In this document: positions 38,721 to 48,448 of the stretch, in pieces
Position numbering within the stretch: position 1 is the stretch's first letter
How the letters are laid out: each line of letters opens with the position of its first letter
Origin: an uncultured archaeon
GTDB lineage: Archaea; Asgardarchaeota; Thorarchaeia; Thorarchaeales; Thorarchaeaceae
Assembly (NCBI GenBank): GCA_964458565.1
Contig: CAYWJO010000008.1
Location: 1-64,000, forward strand
DNA: 64,000 nucleotides
Direction: 5' to 3'
Program-made: the position numbers and the translations under genes
The notes under the pieces: generated by a model
What the model saw: the letters and a program-made list of their open reading frames with translations, nothing else
The model's database searches: none
What the model was told of the DNA's origin: nothing

Positions 38721-40655
38721 ATGGGCTTGAAAGTGAAGTACGTGGAACAACTAAAAGAAATATTTGAGGATCGTCTCATTACTGCAAAGCACGAACTTCT
38801 CCTCCAAGGGATTGACGTGGGCACACTTCCAAAACAGGTTGGATGGCTCATGAATCCAAATCCAGATGCTGTGGTACAACCGATATCCCCTGAGGAAATT
38901 CAATCTCTATACAAGTTCGCCAATGAGACAAAGACCCCAATTGTACCTAGAGGGGCAGGGACATCAGGTTACGGGGGTGCGATTCCACGTAAAGGTGGAA
39001 TAGTTGTTGATATTCGTCGAATGGACAAAATCCTTGAAATCGACAAAGAGAATATGACTGTAACAGTGGAGCCAGGAATCACTTGGTCTAATCTACAGTT
39101 CGAACTAAGTCAACACGATCTTGATGTGCCATGTTATCCATCCTCCGGTCTCTCAGCAACAATCAGTGGATGGGTCGCTCAAGGTGGAGACGGTATCGGG
39201 TCTCTTAAGTATGGAAAAGTCAATGATATAGTTGAAGAGTTGCAGGTCGTTCTTCCTGATGGTAGAATAGTCACAACGAAAGATAACGACCTCTTCTGTG
39301 ACACCGAAGGAATTTTGGGAATCATCACAAAGATCACGCTTAAGATAAAACCACTCAGACCAATTCATCCTATTGTTGTCAGCTTTCCTGAGAACTACCA
39401 ACTAGTATTCGCTATTGAGCACATCTTAGAAGAAGGTCCATTACCCTACACAATGAAATTCAAGGAATCCAAATACATTGACTTGAAGAAGAGAGCTTGG
39501 GATAGCGATGAGCCCTTCCCATTCCCCGTACATCATGGTGTCTTGATGGTCGCCTATGAGGGTGATGATATAGAAGAAGGCTTTCGAGTTGTTGAAGCGG
39601 TCACAGAGAAATTTCAGGGGACCGTCTATGACCAGCATGTTGCTGACCATGAATGGGAAGAGAGATTCTACCCGATGAAGATAAAGAAACTTGGTCCTAC
39701 CCTTGTTGTTGGCCAAGCATTTGCACCACTTGAAACTCTTGAGGCGCTCCTTGATGATTTCCATTGGGAACAAGCTTCAGCAGAAGCAGGTATGGATGGT
39801 TGGGTGACGACGAAAAATGGTGTGACCCTCATGGGTTATTTCCTTGAAGATGAACGTCGAAGATTATTCATGCTCTCCTGGTCTCAAAGCTTCCTCATCT
39901 GGAAGCTCGCGCAAAGGCATGGTGGTCACCCTCACAGCACAGGCATATGGTTTGCCAACTATGCACCGCAGTACTTTGGAAAACGGAGACTCGCTAGGAT
40001 TCGTGCTGCGAAGACTGAACTTGACTCGAAGAACGTATCGAACCCTGGTAAGATATTCGCTTACTGGTTACCCTGGATGCTTCGAATTGGGAAGTATTTC
40101 ATGTGGATTACTTTCGACATGATGCGAAATGGATTCGGTAGAAGCGCACCCCCCTATCTTCGATTGTTGCAGAATATGCCTCCAATCAAATGGATTCTCC
40201 GATGGGGTAGGGCACACAGTCCTTGGCCGCTTCAGTATGGTCTAGGTTGTTGCATGGTAGAAGGTGCTGCCGCAGTTGCTTCAAGATGGGACTTCGAACG
40301 TTTCGGAATGCTACCACTCTTCGCACCAAGGCAGACCGATGTGTTATGGATTTCTGGATCCCTTACAAAGAAGATGGCAAAGCGTCTCAGAAGAATCTAT
40401 GAACAGATGCCTGAACCCAAGTTCGTTATTGCTTATGGCCAATGTGCTGCGAGTGGCGGCATGTTTTGGGATGGCTACAGTCTCATTTCACCACCTGACT
40501 CAGTTGTACCTGTAGATGTTTACGTACCTGGATGTCCACCAAAACCATCCGATCTCATGCGAGCACACATTATTCTACAGAACAAGATTCGCGCTGGTAC
40601 AACTCACTGGCAACAAAACTATGAGAATCAAGATGCTATGGGATTCTGGAAATAG
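38721..40655 (+). CDS. FAD-linked oxidoreductase (GlcD/VAO family) fused to a C-terminal NuoB-like domain
   Basis: PRGAGTSGYGG, TISGW, TEGILGIIT, NPGK; then GLGCCMVE..DFERFG..PRQTD..YEQMPEPKFVIAYGQCAASGG..VDVYVPGCPP in one frame. Confidence 0.9.
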   Translation: MGLKVKYVEQLKEIFEDRLITAKHELLLQGIDVGTLPKQVGWLMNPNPDAVVQPISPEEIQSLYKFANETKTPIVPRGAGTSGYGGAIPRKGGIVVDIRRMDKILEIDKENMTVTVEPGITWSNLQFELSQHDLDVPCYPSSGLSATISGWVAQGGDGIGSLKYGKVNDIVEELQVVLPDGRIVTTKDNDLFCDTEGILGIITKITLKIKPLRPIHPIVVSFPENYQLVFAIEHILEEGPLPYTMKFKESKYIDLKKRAWDSDEPFPFPVHHGVLMVAYEGDDIEEGFRVVEAVTEKFQGTVYDQHVADHEWEERFYPMKIKKLGPTLVVGQAFAPLETLEALLDDFHWEQASAEAGMDGWVTTKNGVTLMGYFLEDERRRLFMLSWSQSFLIWKLAQRHGGHPHSTGIWFANYAPQYFGKRRLARIRAAKTELDSKNVSNPGKIFAYWLPWMLRIGKYFMWITFDMMRNGFGRSAPPYLRLLQNMPPIKWILRWGRAHSPWPLQYGLGCCMVEGAAAVASRWDFERFGMLPLFAPRQTDVLWISGSLTKKMAKRLRRIYEQMPEPKFVIAYGQCAASGGMFWDGYSLISPPDSVVPVDVYVPGCPPKPSDLMRAHIILQNKIRAGTTHWQQNYENQDAMGFWK

Positions 40656-40925
40656 ACGTATGAACTTCGATACTACTCAGTCAAGCAAGAGATTAGGAAT
40701 TTGAGAGTTATACTACTATTACCTGAGATGATTATCGGATTAAATAAATGGTAACTTCTCCCTCGTAGGATAGATATCTGGATGTTCAAAATCAAGCATT
40801 TTTTGGTTTTCAAGTTTCAAAATACATACTCAACTATCGTTAAAACTGATTCAGAACGAACAAGTATATATGGCCATAATTGCCGATGCTTTAAACACCT
40901 TCCAGAAGAATGGAGCTAAAAACAA

Positions 40926-42305
40926 ATGGTTCGATATACTGACAATCCAACAGTCAATAAGCGGCTGGTTGCAGGTTACTACCTGTTCCTCTGCTTAGTT
41001 GGGTTCACCATTCTTCTAGGACCAACTGGTTCCGGAATCCCAATCACTCTGGTTGGCGATGACGGAAGATACGAGCACCAGCTCGCGTATCCGGGAATGG
41101 GTACGGACTCAGCTTCCTGTGGCGCTACAGACTGTCATGATGACCAGTGGGACTACTGGAATCATACCAGCCACGCAAATGACCTGATGTTCAATGGTAC
41201 ACATGTGTCACTTGGACATGGTTGGAGAGATCTTGCATCCTTCAACTCGTCATGTGCATGGTGTCATGCAACAGGCATAGACAATGAAACCTGGACTGAA
41301 GTAGGTGTCGGTTGTCTTGCTTGTCATGATGGTACATCACCCTATCTATCATATGATGGTGAAGTATGTGGAGATTGCCACAATCCAGAACATCACGAAA
41401 CTGCAACCTCATATCCTGATTGGGAGGCATCAGTCCATGCTGATTCAATGACGGATCTAAGAACAAGTGATCATGCCAGTTCATCATGTATGCACTGTCA
41501 GGCCACTGAATCTTTCATCCATCAACAGAATCCCGGAGACCTAGCTAGCTTTGTCAACACAACATTTGATGTTGATGGCGACTATACATCGATTTCTTGT
41601 CCAGCGTGTCACTCTGTACACTCAAACTGGTCAATGGTAGAAGGCAATGGTCTGCTTCGTGCAAACGATGCAACAGAGCTTTGTTCTCTCTGCCATGTTG
41701 GAGATCATCACCCACAGTACCAAGTGTGGGAAGGTGGTCCTCACGATTTAGCAGGTGTTGAGTGTATTAGCTGTCATGGCTATCAGCTTATTTGGTCATC
41801 CCATGGTGGATGGACCCCAGTCACTAACCACACATTTGCTCTCAATGCGACAGCAGCTTGTGGTCAGGATGGCTGCCATGAAGGTGATAGAGCCGATTGG
41901 GCAATTACCATGATGGAAGCACGCGCTGACGCGTACACAGCTCTAACTGGAGAAATCGAAGACGAAGCTACAAGTTTAGCAGCTTTAGTCGATGCGTACA
42001 ATGTAACCACTGGTGCCAACTACTCGCTTTCAGCTGATGTCTATGAAGCTATTGACGCAGCTGAACTGCAGGTTGACATCTACAATGCTGACAAATCCAT
42101 GGGCATGCATGATGGTGCTGAAACATTCACTACCCTCAATGCTGTCTTTGCTGATTTACTCAATGCAAAAGCCATGTTCTATAAGCTGTCATCGACAGCA
42201 GCTCCTACTGGAGCATCTATGGACATGATTATTATCATTGGTGGTGCAGCAGGTGGTCTTGTACTTGGTTTGGTTCTAGGAGTATTGGTCGGACGACGTA
42301 GATAA
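40926..42305 (+). CDS. Membrane-anchored multiheme cytochrome c (6 CxxCH, 2 Cx4CH, 1 CxxCQ)
   Basis: CGATDCH, CAWCH, CLACH, CGDCH, CMHCQ, CPACH, CSLCH, CISCH, CGQDGCH; helical C-domain with DKSMGMHD; N- and C-terminal hydrophobic helices. Confidence 0.9.
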   Translation: MVRYTDNPTVNKRLVAGYYLFLCLVGFTILLGPTGSGIPITLVGDDGRYEHQLAYPGMGTDSASCGATDCHDDQWDYWNHTSHANDLMFNGTHVSLGHGWRDLASFNSSCAWCHATGIDNETWTEVGVGCLACHDGTSPYLSYDGEVCGDCHNPEHHETATSYPDWEASVHADSMTDLRTSDHASSSCMHCQATESFIHQQNPGDLASFVNTTFDVDGDYTSISCPACHSVHSNWSMVEGNGLLRANDATELCSLCHVGDHHPQYQVWEGGPHDLAGVECISCHGYQLIWSSHGGWTPVTNHTFALNATAACGQDGCHEGDRADWAITMMEARADAYTALTGEIEDEATSLAALVDAYNVTTGANYSLSADVYEAIDAAELQVDIYNADKSMGMHDGAETFTTLNAVFADLLNAKAMFYKLSSTAAPTGASMDMIIIIGGAAGGLVLGLVLGVLVGRRR

Positions 42306-42331
42306 TACGAAATGGAGAAACCACGGATGGG

Positions 42332-42370
42332 AACGGATGTAAATCATCCGTTTACCTCCTATTTTTTTTC
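42332..42370 (+). terminator. Hairpin plus T-tract after the multiheme cytochrome gene
   Basis: AACGGATG taaat CATCCGTT then T8. Confidence 0.6.
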
Positions 42371-42490
42371 CATTAGGCCTTCCACTTGGAACTAGGCACT
42401 CTCTTTTTACCATTCTGATCTATTCTATGAACATCCATATGATGTACGTTCATAACTCATGATTTCACAATTTAAGGAGTATATTGACAA

Positions 42491-44659
42491 ATGAGCAAGA
42501 GACACGCAATGGTCGCACTAATACTGGCACTCTTTATGACCAGTATCGGAAGTGCAGGAGTACAAAACACTGGAATTAAGGTCTCGATGATTGACAATTC
42601 CAAATCTCCACTCTTAAGTCAAACAGTCGCGAATGTAAGCAATTACCGCGATTATGCATTATCAACAAGTAGTCTATTACTGAGATACCTATTTGCTTCG
42701 AGTGATGGATTTGTGTATCACTTTAGTGATTTCAATTGGAGTCAGTTTAGTGGATTGCAGCTCTTAAGTAATTACTATTGGAGCATAGCAGGTCTTCAAA
42801 GAATATATAATATAACATCCAATTCCACTTTAATTCCAATAATCAGTAAAGCCGCAAATATGATGGTGCAGCTCTTTAAGGATCCTGACTATCCTGGTTA
42901 TTACGTCAATCTTTACGATGAATTGAGGATAAGTGAATCAAAGAGAGCTGGTATTCAAGCTTATGCCTACTGGGCTTTGGATATTGCTGAATCTTTGAAT
43001 AGTTCTCTTGATTTTTCAGCTGAGAAGCAATGGGCTATTGATTGTTTAACACAGATGCTTTATGATCCGATTTATGGTGGATTCTATTTCTATACTGCTC
43101 GCAATGGCTCATTAGATCTTACACCTAATCCAGAAGATGTGTATCCTCATGATGGAAAGCGTCTGGATCATATGGCATTAGGTGCTTCAGTTCTTTATGA
43201 TGCAGGTGCTGAAACAGGTAATTCGACCTACATTCAAATCGCAGATAGAGCGATGTCCTTTATGATGAAGAATATGAGGTCATGGAACCAGTCATATTAT
43301 TTCGGATTGAAATTAGCCACAGCAAGAAACGGTAGTGTTGCTAATATCCCTAGCTACGAGCGTTCAGCGGAATCAGTTCAATCTGACATCAATGCGATTG
43401 CTTTGAGAACTTTTGTAAAAGCCTATACAGATACAGGTAATTCATCCTATTTGAATTTCGCAATGGACACTAGAAATGCTTTGCTTCGTTTTAGCTGGGA
43501 CCAATTATATGGTGGTTGGTTTGCAGAAACGCTATCAGGAGAGCCCTATGACCCAGTATTCGATGAGGATGTCAGATACTACAAATATGCTGAGGTTCAA
43601 TTTCAAGCAGTAATGGCATTAGGATCTATATACGAAATTACGAAAGAATACGACAATATTCAGCTGATATTCGATACCCTAGAAATTTCAACAAAGATGT
43701 GGGATTATCCGATAGGAGGATTTGTACAGAATACTAATCGCAATGGTGAGTTTCTCAATGTTGAGTGGCAAATTCATTTGACCGCAATTCAGAATCAAGC
43801 AATATTGGCATTTGAGCGTATTTGGAGTTATGGACTTCCTGTTGTTTCATATGTGCAGGTTGCTCCAACTAATCCTCGCCCTGAAGATGAGGTGTTCATC
43901 TCCACAATCGCCTTGGATGACGATGGAATTGATATAGTGATGGTGAATTATACAGTGACCGTAGGTTCAACTGACACAGATGTATCGGTATCTCTTCTGC
44001 CAAATCCCGAGGTGGGCGGCGTCTATAATACCTCTATCGGAACTCTACCTGATGCTGCGAATGTTAATTTCTTTATCATTGCTAATGATACCATAGGAAA
44101 TCAGTTTGTTGCAGGAATCTATCATTTTGCCGTTCGTGCTGACATATGGGAACCTGTCGTTCACTATCGTACCGTTTATCCTAGTGCAAATCCTCAACCA
44201 GGTGAGACAGTCATTGTTGAGATTGGAACCTATGAATTTCCTACTCATTGTGGAATTACATGTTGTACACTCTACTGGCGTCTTAATGAGGGGGAATTTA
44301 CTGCTATGAACATGACAGCAGTAGGTATTGATGAGGACTATATTGTATGGCAATGTGTCCTTGGAGTCTTCAACGTTGGTGATGAGATTTCTTTGTACTG
44401 CATCGCAGAGGATGAAGATGGAAATGTTGGACAGAGCCGGTATGCAACAATCAAAATACAGAGTCCAGTTTCAACTGTTACTCCTGTGGGATTGTATCAA
44501 TTTGCCATGATTGTTGGATTAGCTGCTGCCCCAGCGGGATATGTTGGTTACAAATACCTTGGTCGGAAACGAGTGATGGGTGAAGAGCGTAGGCTCAAAA
44601 AGGAGGCTAAAAAGAGAGCAAGACGGAAACGTAGTGCTCGATCTAGATCCAGAGATTAA
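42491..44659 (+). CDS. Secreted, membrane-anchored protein with probable (alpha/alpha)6 toroid and Ig-like domains
   Basis: Signal peptide; repeated [YW]DxxxGG[FW] turns (YDPIYGGF, WDQLYGGW, WDYPIGGF); C-terminal TM helix and very basic tail. Confidence 0.55.
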   Translation: MSKRHAMVALILALFMTSIGSAGVQNTGIKVSMIDNSKSPLLSQTVANVSNYRDYALSTSSLLLRYLFASSDGFVYHFSDFNWSQFSGLQLLSNYYWSIAGLQRIYNITSNSTLIPIISKAANMMVQLFKDPDYPGYYVNLYDELRISESKRAGIQAYAYWALDIAESLNSSLDFSAEKQWAIDCLTQMLYDPIYGGFYFYTARNGSLDLTPNPEDVYPHDGKRLDHMALGASVLYDAGAETGNSTYIQIADRAMSFMMKNMRSWNQSYYFGLKLATARNGSVANIPSYERSAESVQSDINAIALRTFVKAYTDTGNSSYLNFAMDTRNALLRFSWDQLYGGWFAETLSGEPYDPVFDEDVRYYKYAEVQFQAVMALGSIYEITKEYDNIQLIFDTLEISTKMWDYPIGGFVQNTNRNGEFLNVEWQIHLTAIQNQAILAFERIWSYGLPVVSYVQVAPTNPRPEDEVFISTIALDDDGIDIVMVNYTVTVGSTDTDVSVSLLPNPEVGGVYNTSIGTLPDAANVNFFIIANDTIGNQFVAGIYHFAVRADIWEPVVHYRTVYPSANPQPGETVIVEIGTYEFPTHCGITCCTLYWRLNEGEFTAMNMTAVGIDEDYIVWQCVLGVFNVGDEISLYCIAEDEDGNVGQSRYATIKIQSPVSTVTPVGLYQFAMIVGLAAAPAGYVGYKYLGRKRVMGEERRLKKEAKKRARRKRSARSRSRD

Positions 44660-44677
44660 TGGTTGGAGGTAAAAATT

Positions 44678-47092
44678 ATGTTTGACTTCGGAACAATATT
44701 CTTAGTGATTTCAGTGATACTGGCAATGATTGATGTATTCATCTTAGTCATTGGACCAAAAATACTGTCTGAGGAGGATTCAGATAGATACTCATTCCTC
44801 TTCTCAGGAGGCGCATTTCTCGCTACTGTCGGTGCATTTCTCTTCATGGCTGTACTGATTTTCACGAATGATATCTCATACCAGTATGTGGTTCAGACAA
44901 CAAAGAGTACAGCACCATTATTGCTGAAGCTATCTGCCCTTTGGGCTGGACAAGCTGGATCCCTACTCTTTTGGGCATTTCTAGCTTTTACACTCTACTT
45001 TGGGTTTAGGTACCTTATCCGCGGATATGAAGATGATATCATAGTATATCGTGCTTCTGCGATTATGGGAGTTTCCTCAATTCTGATTGTCATTAACGCT
45101 ATCATCTCATCTCCATTCGCACCGTATCAGGGACCTGATATCTCAGATGGATATGGTCTCAACCCTCTCCTATCAACTATCTTGAATGTCATTCATCCTC
45201 CGATTGTGTTTATTGCATACGCTCTTCTAATGGTGCCATTTGCCATTAAGCTCGCAGGTTTTACAGTAAGATCCGAAGAGCGACGGGATGAACCAATTCC
45301 AATCGTTGAGAGATATGCTTCATTCACAACTTCCTTTGCTTGGCTTATGCTTTCTTTAGGCATTGTCATTGGAGCCTACTGGGCATACAGCACACTTGGT
45401 TGGGGTGGTTACTGGGGGTGGGACCCCGTCGAAACTTCGTCGTTGATTCCTTGGTTGCTCCTTACAGGCTTTTATCATGCAAAAGCGATTTTCAAGGATA
45501 ATGATGTTCTTAGGGATTCTTTTCTTGTTTTCTCGTACATAACGGTATTATTCGCCACATGGGTCACTCGAAGTGGAGTTCTCACTTCAGTTCATGGATT
45601 TACAATAACGGTTGTAAGCTGGACAATGTTTCTTACTCTGCTCGGGAATTTCATTTTCAGTATCTTACTTATTACACATGCAGGACTCAAAGATATGTCA
45701 GATGATGAGGAAGAGAGTGGGTGGCCAAGTATTTTCTCACTTCAAGATCTAAGGAAGTTTTCTATTTTCATTGCACTTATTGGTATACTTGTTGTCTCGT
45801 TTACTTCGTTTGCTGGAGTTGCTATGCCTGCTGCTATCAATATTGGTACTGCGATTTTCGATCCTACTAATCTAGAGAACAATATGGTTGGAATAAACAT
45901 AGAATTCTTCTGGTTGGGTTTCTATATTGCATCCTTCTTCCTCTTTGTTTCTGCATTCTATTGTATGAGGAATACTGCTATTTCAGCTCGAACAAAAAGT
46001 GTGATAGCACTAATTCTCATCGTTATTGGAGCAATTATCGGACTGTTCTCTTATGCTTATCCGGATTCATTACTCCCCACAAACTCGCTGATAGCAAACA
46101 TGCTTGTTCCCCTAGCGATTGGAGCAATAGTCTATCTAGGGGTTACATTTGTCCGATATATGGCTGGTAGAGAATCAGGTGCATTTACAATGCGTCAAAT
46201 GGGTAGACTAATGTTACATCTAGGTCTAGTGATGCTTCTACTTGGTGTATTCATGAGTTCGAATATTGAGTACCAATCCAGACAAGACTTCATAAGAAAT
46301 ATTCCGCAAGAGATTGCTCCGGGGCTAGAGTTACGAGTCAGTGGTATTCAACTGTCTGAAGATGGTTTGACGCTTTATGTTGCAATTCAATTATTCCAGG
46401 ATAACATGTCTATAGGAGTTGGTGTCGCATCACTCACGTTATTTCCTGGGTATGAAAACCCCGTTTCAAACGTGTATATACATTCAACAGCTGGACAAGA
46501 TATCTTCATTGCTATTGCAGCGTACTCTGGGTCCACAGGGAATATGGTAACACTTCAGACCAAGGTCCTTCCATTGATATCATTTGTATGGCTAGGTATC
46601 TTCTTCATGATTATGGCTATACTCCCATCTTTCGTCATGGAAGCATCCGGATTGTTCAAGGCAGTCAAGCGAAAACATGCACACCTTTATGGTGAGGAGG
46701 AAGAGGAGGCTATCGAGACAGATATGCTGCATCATCTGGAAATGCTACTGAAATCTGAGGTTCCTGCGGAATTAATCCGAAGTCTCAGCATGACTCCACT
46801 ATTACTCACACAAGGTAGGTACTCGGAAGCAGAGTTGGAGCTTAGAACAGTAACTGAACTCTATCCCGGTTATATGAGAGCTTGGTATCTCTTTGGTGCA
46901 GTATTAAATATCCAAAGGAAATATGCTGAGGCTGAAGCTGCATTCAGACGAACTGTGGAACTTGATTCCGAATTCGGTGAAGCATGGTACATACTTGGCA
47001 ATACCCTGAGAAATTTGGGTAAGGATGAAGATGCAGATGAGGCATTTCAACAAGCTAAGGTATTAGGATACAATCCTCGTTCCGAAGAGTGA
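44678..47092 (+). CDS. ccmF: Cytochrome c heme lyase CcmF with C-terminal TPR extension; likely start ATG 44678
   Basis: WAGQAGSLLFW, GLNPLL..IHPP, WAYSTLGWGGYWGWDPVE, TRSG..SVHGF; TPR repeats AWYLFG..AEAAFRR, AWYILG..ADEAFQQA. Confidence 0.92.
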   Translation: MFDFGTIFLVISVILAMIDVFILVIGPKILSEEDSDRYSFLFSGGAFLATVGAFLFMAVLIFTNDISYQYVVQTTKSTAPLLLKLSALWAGQAGSLLFWAFLAFTLYFGFRYLIRGYEDDIIVYRASAIMGVSSILIVINAIISSPFAPYQGPDISDGYGLNPLLSTILNVIHPPIVFIAYALLMVPFAIKLAGFTVRSEERRDEPIPIVERYASFTTSFAWLMLSLGIVIGAYWAYSTLGWGGYWGWDPVETSSLIPWLLLTGFYHAKAIFKDNDVLRDSFLVFSYITVLFATWVTRSGVLTSVHGFTITVVSWTMFLTLLGNFIFSILLITHAGLKDMSDDEEESGWPSIFSLQDLRKFSIFIALIGILVVSFTSFAGVAMPAAINIGTAIFDPTNLENNMVGINIEFFWLGFYIASFFLFVSAFYCMRNTAISARTKSVIALILIVIGAIIGLFSYAYPDSLLPTNSLIANMLVPLAIGAIVYLGVTFVRYMAGRESGAFTMRQMGRLMLHLGLVMLLLGVFMSSNIEYQSRQDFIRNIPQEIAPGLELRVSGIQLSEDGLTLYVAIQLFQDNMSIGVGVASLTLFPGYENPVSNVYIHSTAGQDIFIAIAAYSGSTGNMVTLQTKVLPLISFVWLGIFFMIMAILPSFVMEASGLFKAVKRKHAHLYGEEEEEAIETDMLHHLEMLLKSEVPAELIRSLSMTPLLLTQGRYSEAELELRTVTELYPGYMRAWYLFGAVLNIQRKYAEAEAAFRRTVELDSEFGEAWYILGNTLRNLGKDEDADEAFQQAKVLGYNPRSEE

Positions 47093-47105
47093 TTTGCTAA
47101 GACAG

Positions 47106-47137
47106 AGCAACCATCACAGGTCATCTTGTTGGTTGCT
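47106..47137 (+). terminator. Possible hairpin after ccmF
   Basis: AGCAACCA ... TGGTTGCT inverted repeat. Confidence 0.35.
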
Positions 47138-47276
47138 TCTGCTAGTATTATTTACATGATGGAACTGATTCAAGATAAAAAGGATACAGAGTGTAAAGAC
47201 CAACATCTTTATGGGTATGATTTAGTGGCAGAATGAACATTATTGCTGCCTGTGATAGCGCTCAAATTGAAATCAT

Positions 47277-47915
47277 TTGGTGAGATTTGCTTTGGTTCGA
47301 GTCATTGGAATATCAGGAACACACCGAAGTGGAGGAAATACAACAGTCCTAGTTGAGGAAGCATTGAAAGCTTCTTCGGAATTGGGTGCTGAAACTGCAC
47401 TTATCGAACTCTGTGGACTTAAGTTGGTTCCCTGTAAACACTGTGGAGAATGTACAAAGTTACGTAGCTGTAACCAGGACGATGATCTGAATCGAGTTGT
47501 TGACACTATGCATGCTGCTGACGCAATAATATTGGGGGCTCCTGTTCACTTTGGTTCAGTTCCTGCACCCATGAAGAACCTAATAGACCGCGGTGGTCGT
47601 TTTGCAGATTTTGCTGGTAAGGTTGGCGCAGCACTCGTAGTCAGCCGAAGATCCGGAATAGACATGACCCTTTCACAACTTCACTTTTTCCTATTGGTCA
47701 AGGAGATGATTGTTCCAGGTATCCCTTCATGGCCTATCGGATTTGCTCTTAATCCTGGGGATATTCGAGCAGACACTGAAGCAATGGCAGCAGCAAGAAC
47801 TCTTGGATATCGCGTTACAGTACTCACTCAGTATTTGAAAGAAAAGCCACTTCCTTGGACAAATGGCATCCCGGTTACAAAGGATTCGAAGAAATTTGGT
47901 GATGAGTGGAAATAG
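47277..47915 (+). CDS. Iron-sulfur flavoprotein (Isf / flavodoxin-fold family)
   Basis: GISGTHRSGGNT, CKHCGECTKLRSC, ADAIILGAPVHFG. Confidence 0.85.
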   Translation: MVRFALVRVIGISGTHRSGGNTTVLVEEALKASSELGAETALIELCGLKLVPCKHCGECTKLRSCNQDDDLNRVVDTMHAADAIILGAPVHFGSVPAPMKNLIDRGGRFADFAGKVGAALVVSRRSGIDMTLSQLHFFLLVKEMIVPGIPSWPIGFALNPGDIRADTEAMAAARTLGYRVTVLTQYLKEKPLPWTNGIPVTKDSKKFGDEWK

Positions 47916-47926
47916 GTTCCTGCTCT

Positions 47927-48301
47927 TCAAGTTTCATATTTACTTGGACACTGAACAAGCACTTGATTTGCTCTTATGGTACTTGGAGCTTGATATGTCC
48001 CAATAGCGACAATATCTTGATCATCTTGCATTGCCGGAACTTCCCCTGTAAGTATCACAAGAAGTGTATGATTAACTCCATAAATTGTGAATGTCGTATT
48101 TGATGTACTTGTGTCAAGTGAACCTGCCAGATACTTTCCTTTTATCTGAACAGAGTATCCGTCATATAGTTCGGGGTTTTCAACCACTCTGTCAACACTG
48201 AGGTATGGATCTACAAAGGAGTTCAACATTACAACCGCTACAATTCCAATAGTTGCAATCAAGATGACTGAAACTGCAATTGCGGTGTGTTTCTTCTTCA
48301 A
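47927..48301 (-). CDS. ccmE: Heme chaperone CcmE (CxxxY variant)
   Basis: N-terminal TM helix, OB-fold-like body, C-terminal VQCPSKY. Confidence 0.88.
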   Translation of the reverse strand: MKKKHTAIAVSVILIATIGIVAVVMLNSFVDPYLSVDRVVENPELYDGYSVQIKGKYLAGSLDTSTSNTTFTIYGVNHTLLVILTGEVPAMQDDQDIVAIGTYQAPSTIRANQVLVQCPSKYET

Positions 48302-48306
48302 TTATC

Positions 48307-48444
48307 TTATTCCTCCTCTTCGGTAGTTATGATTGTCTTGAGTGCTTTGTCAATTCGTTCCATCTTGAGGTAAAGCCAAAGCAAGAATACAAACATTCCT
48401 CCCCAGAGGATAGTTGCTACTGTGAATAATTCAGCTTGTTGCAT
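48307..48444 (-). CDS. ccmD: CcmD-like small membrane protein (45 aa; not in ORF track)
   Basis: MQQAELFTVATILWGGMFVFLLWLYLKMERIDKALKTIITTEEEE; one TM helix plus charged tail; AGGAG upstream; between ccmC and ccmE. Confidence 0.75.
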   Translation of the reverse strand: MQQAELFTVATILWGGMFVFLLWLYLKMERIDKALKTIITTEEEE

Positions 48445-48448
48445 TATA

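Noticed and set aside
40926-42305. Calling the multiheme protein NrfA or HAO
   Set aside because: No CxxCK motif, and heme number and spacing do not match by eye; family left unassigned
42426-42454. TATGAAC...GTTCATA inverted repeat upstream of 42491
   Set aside because: Short AT-rich arms with a long spacer and no second copy noticed; compatible with chance
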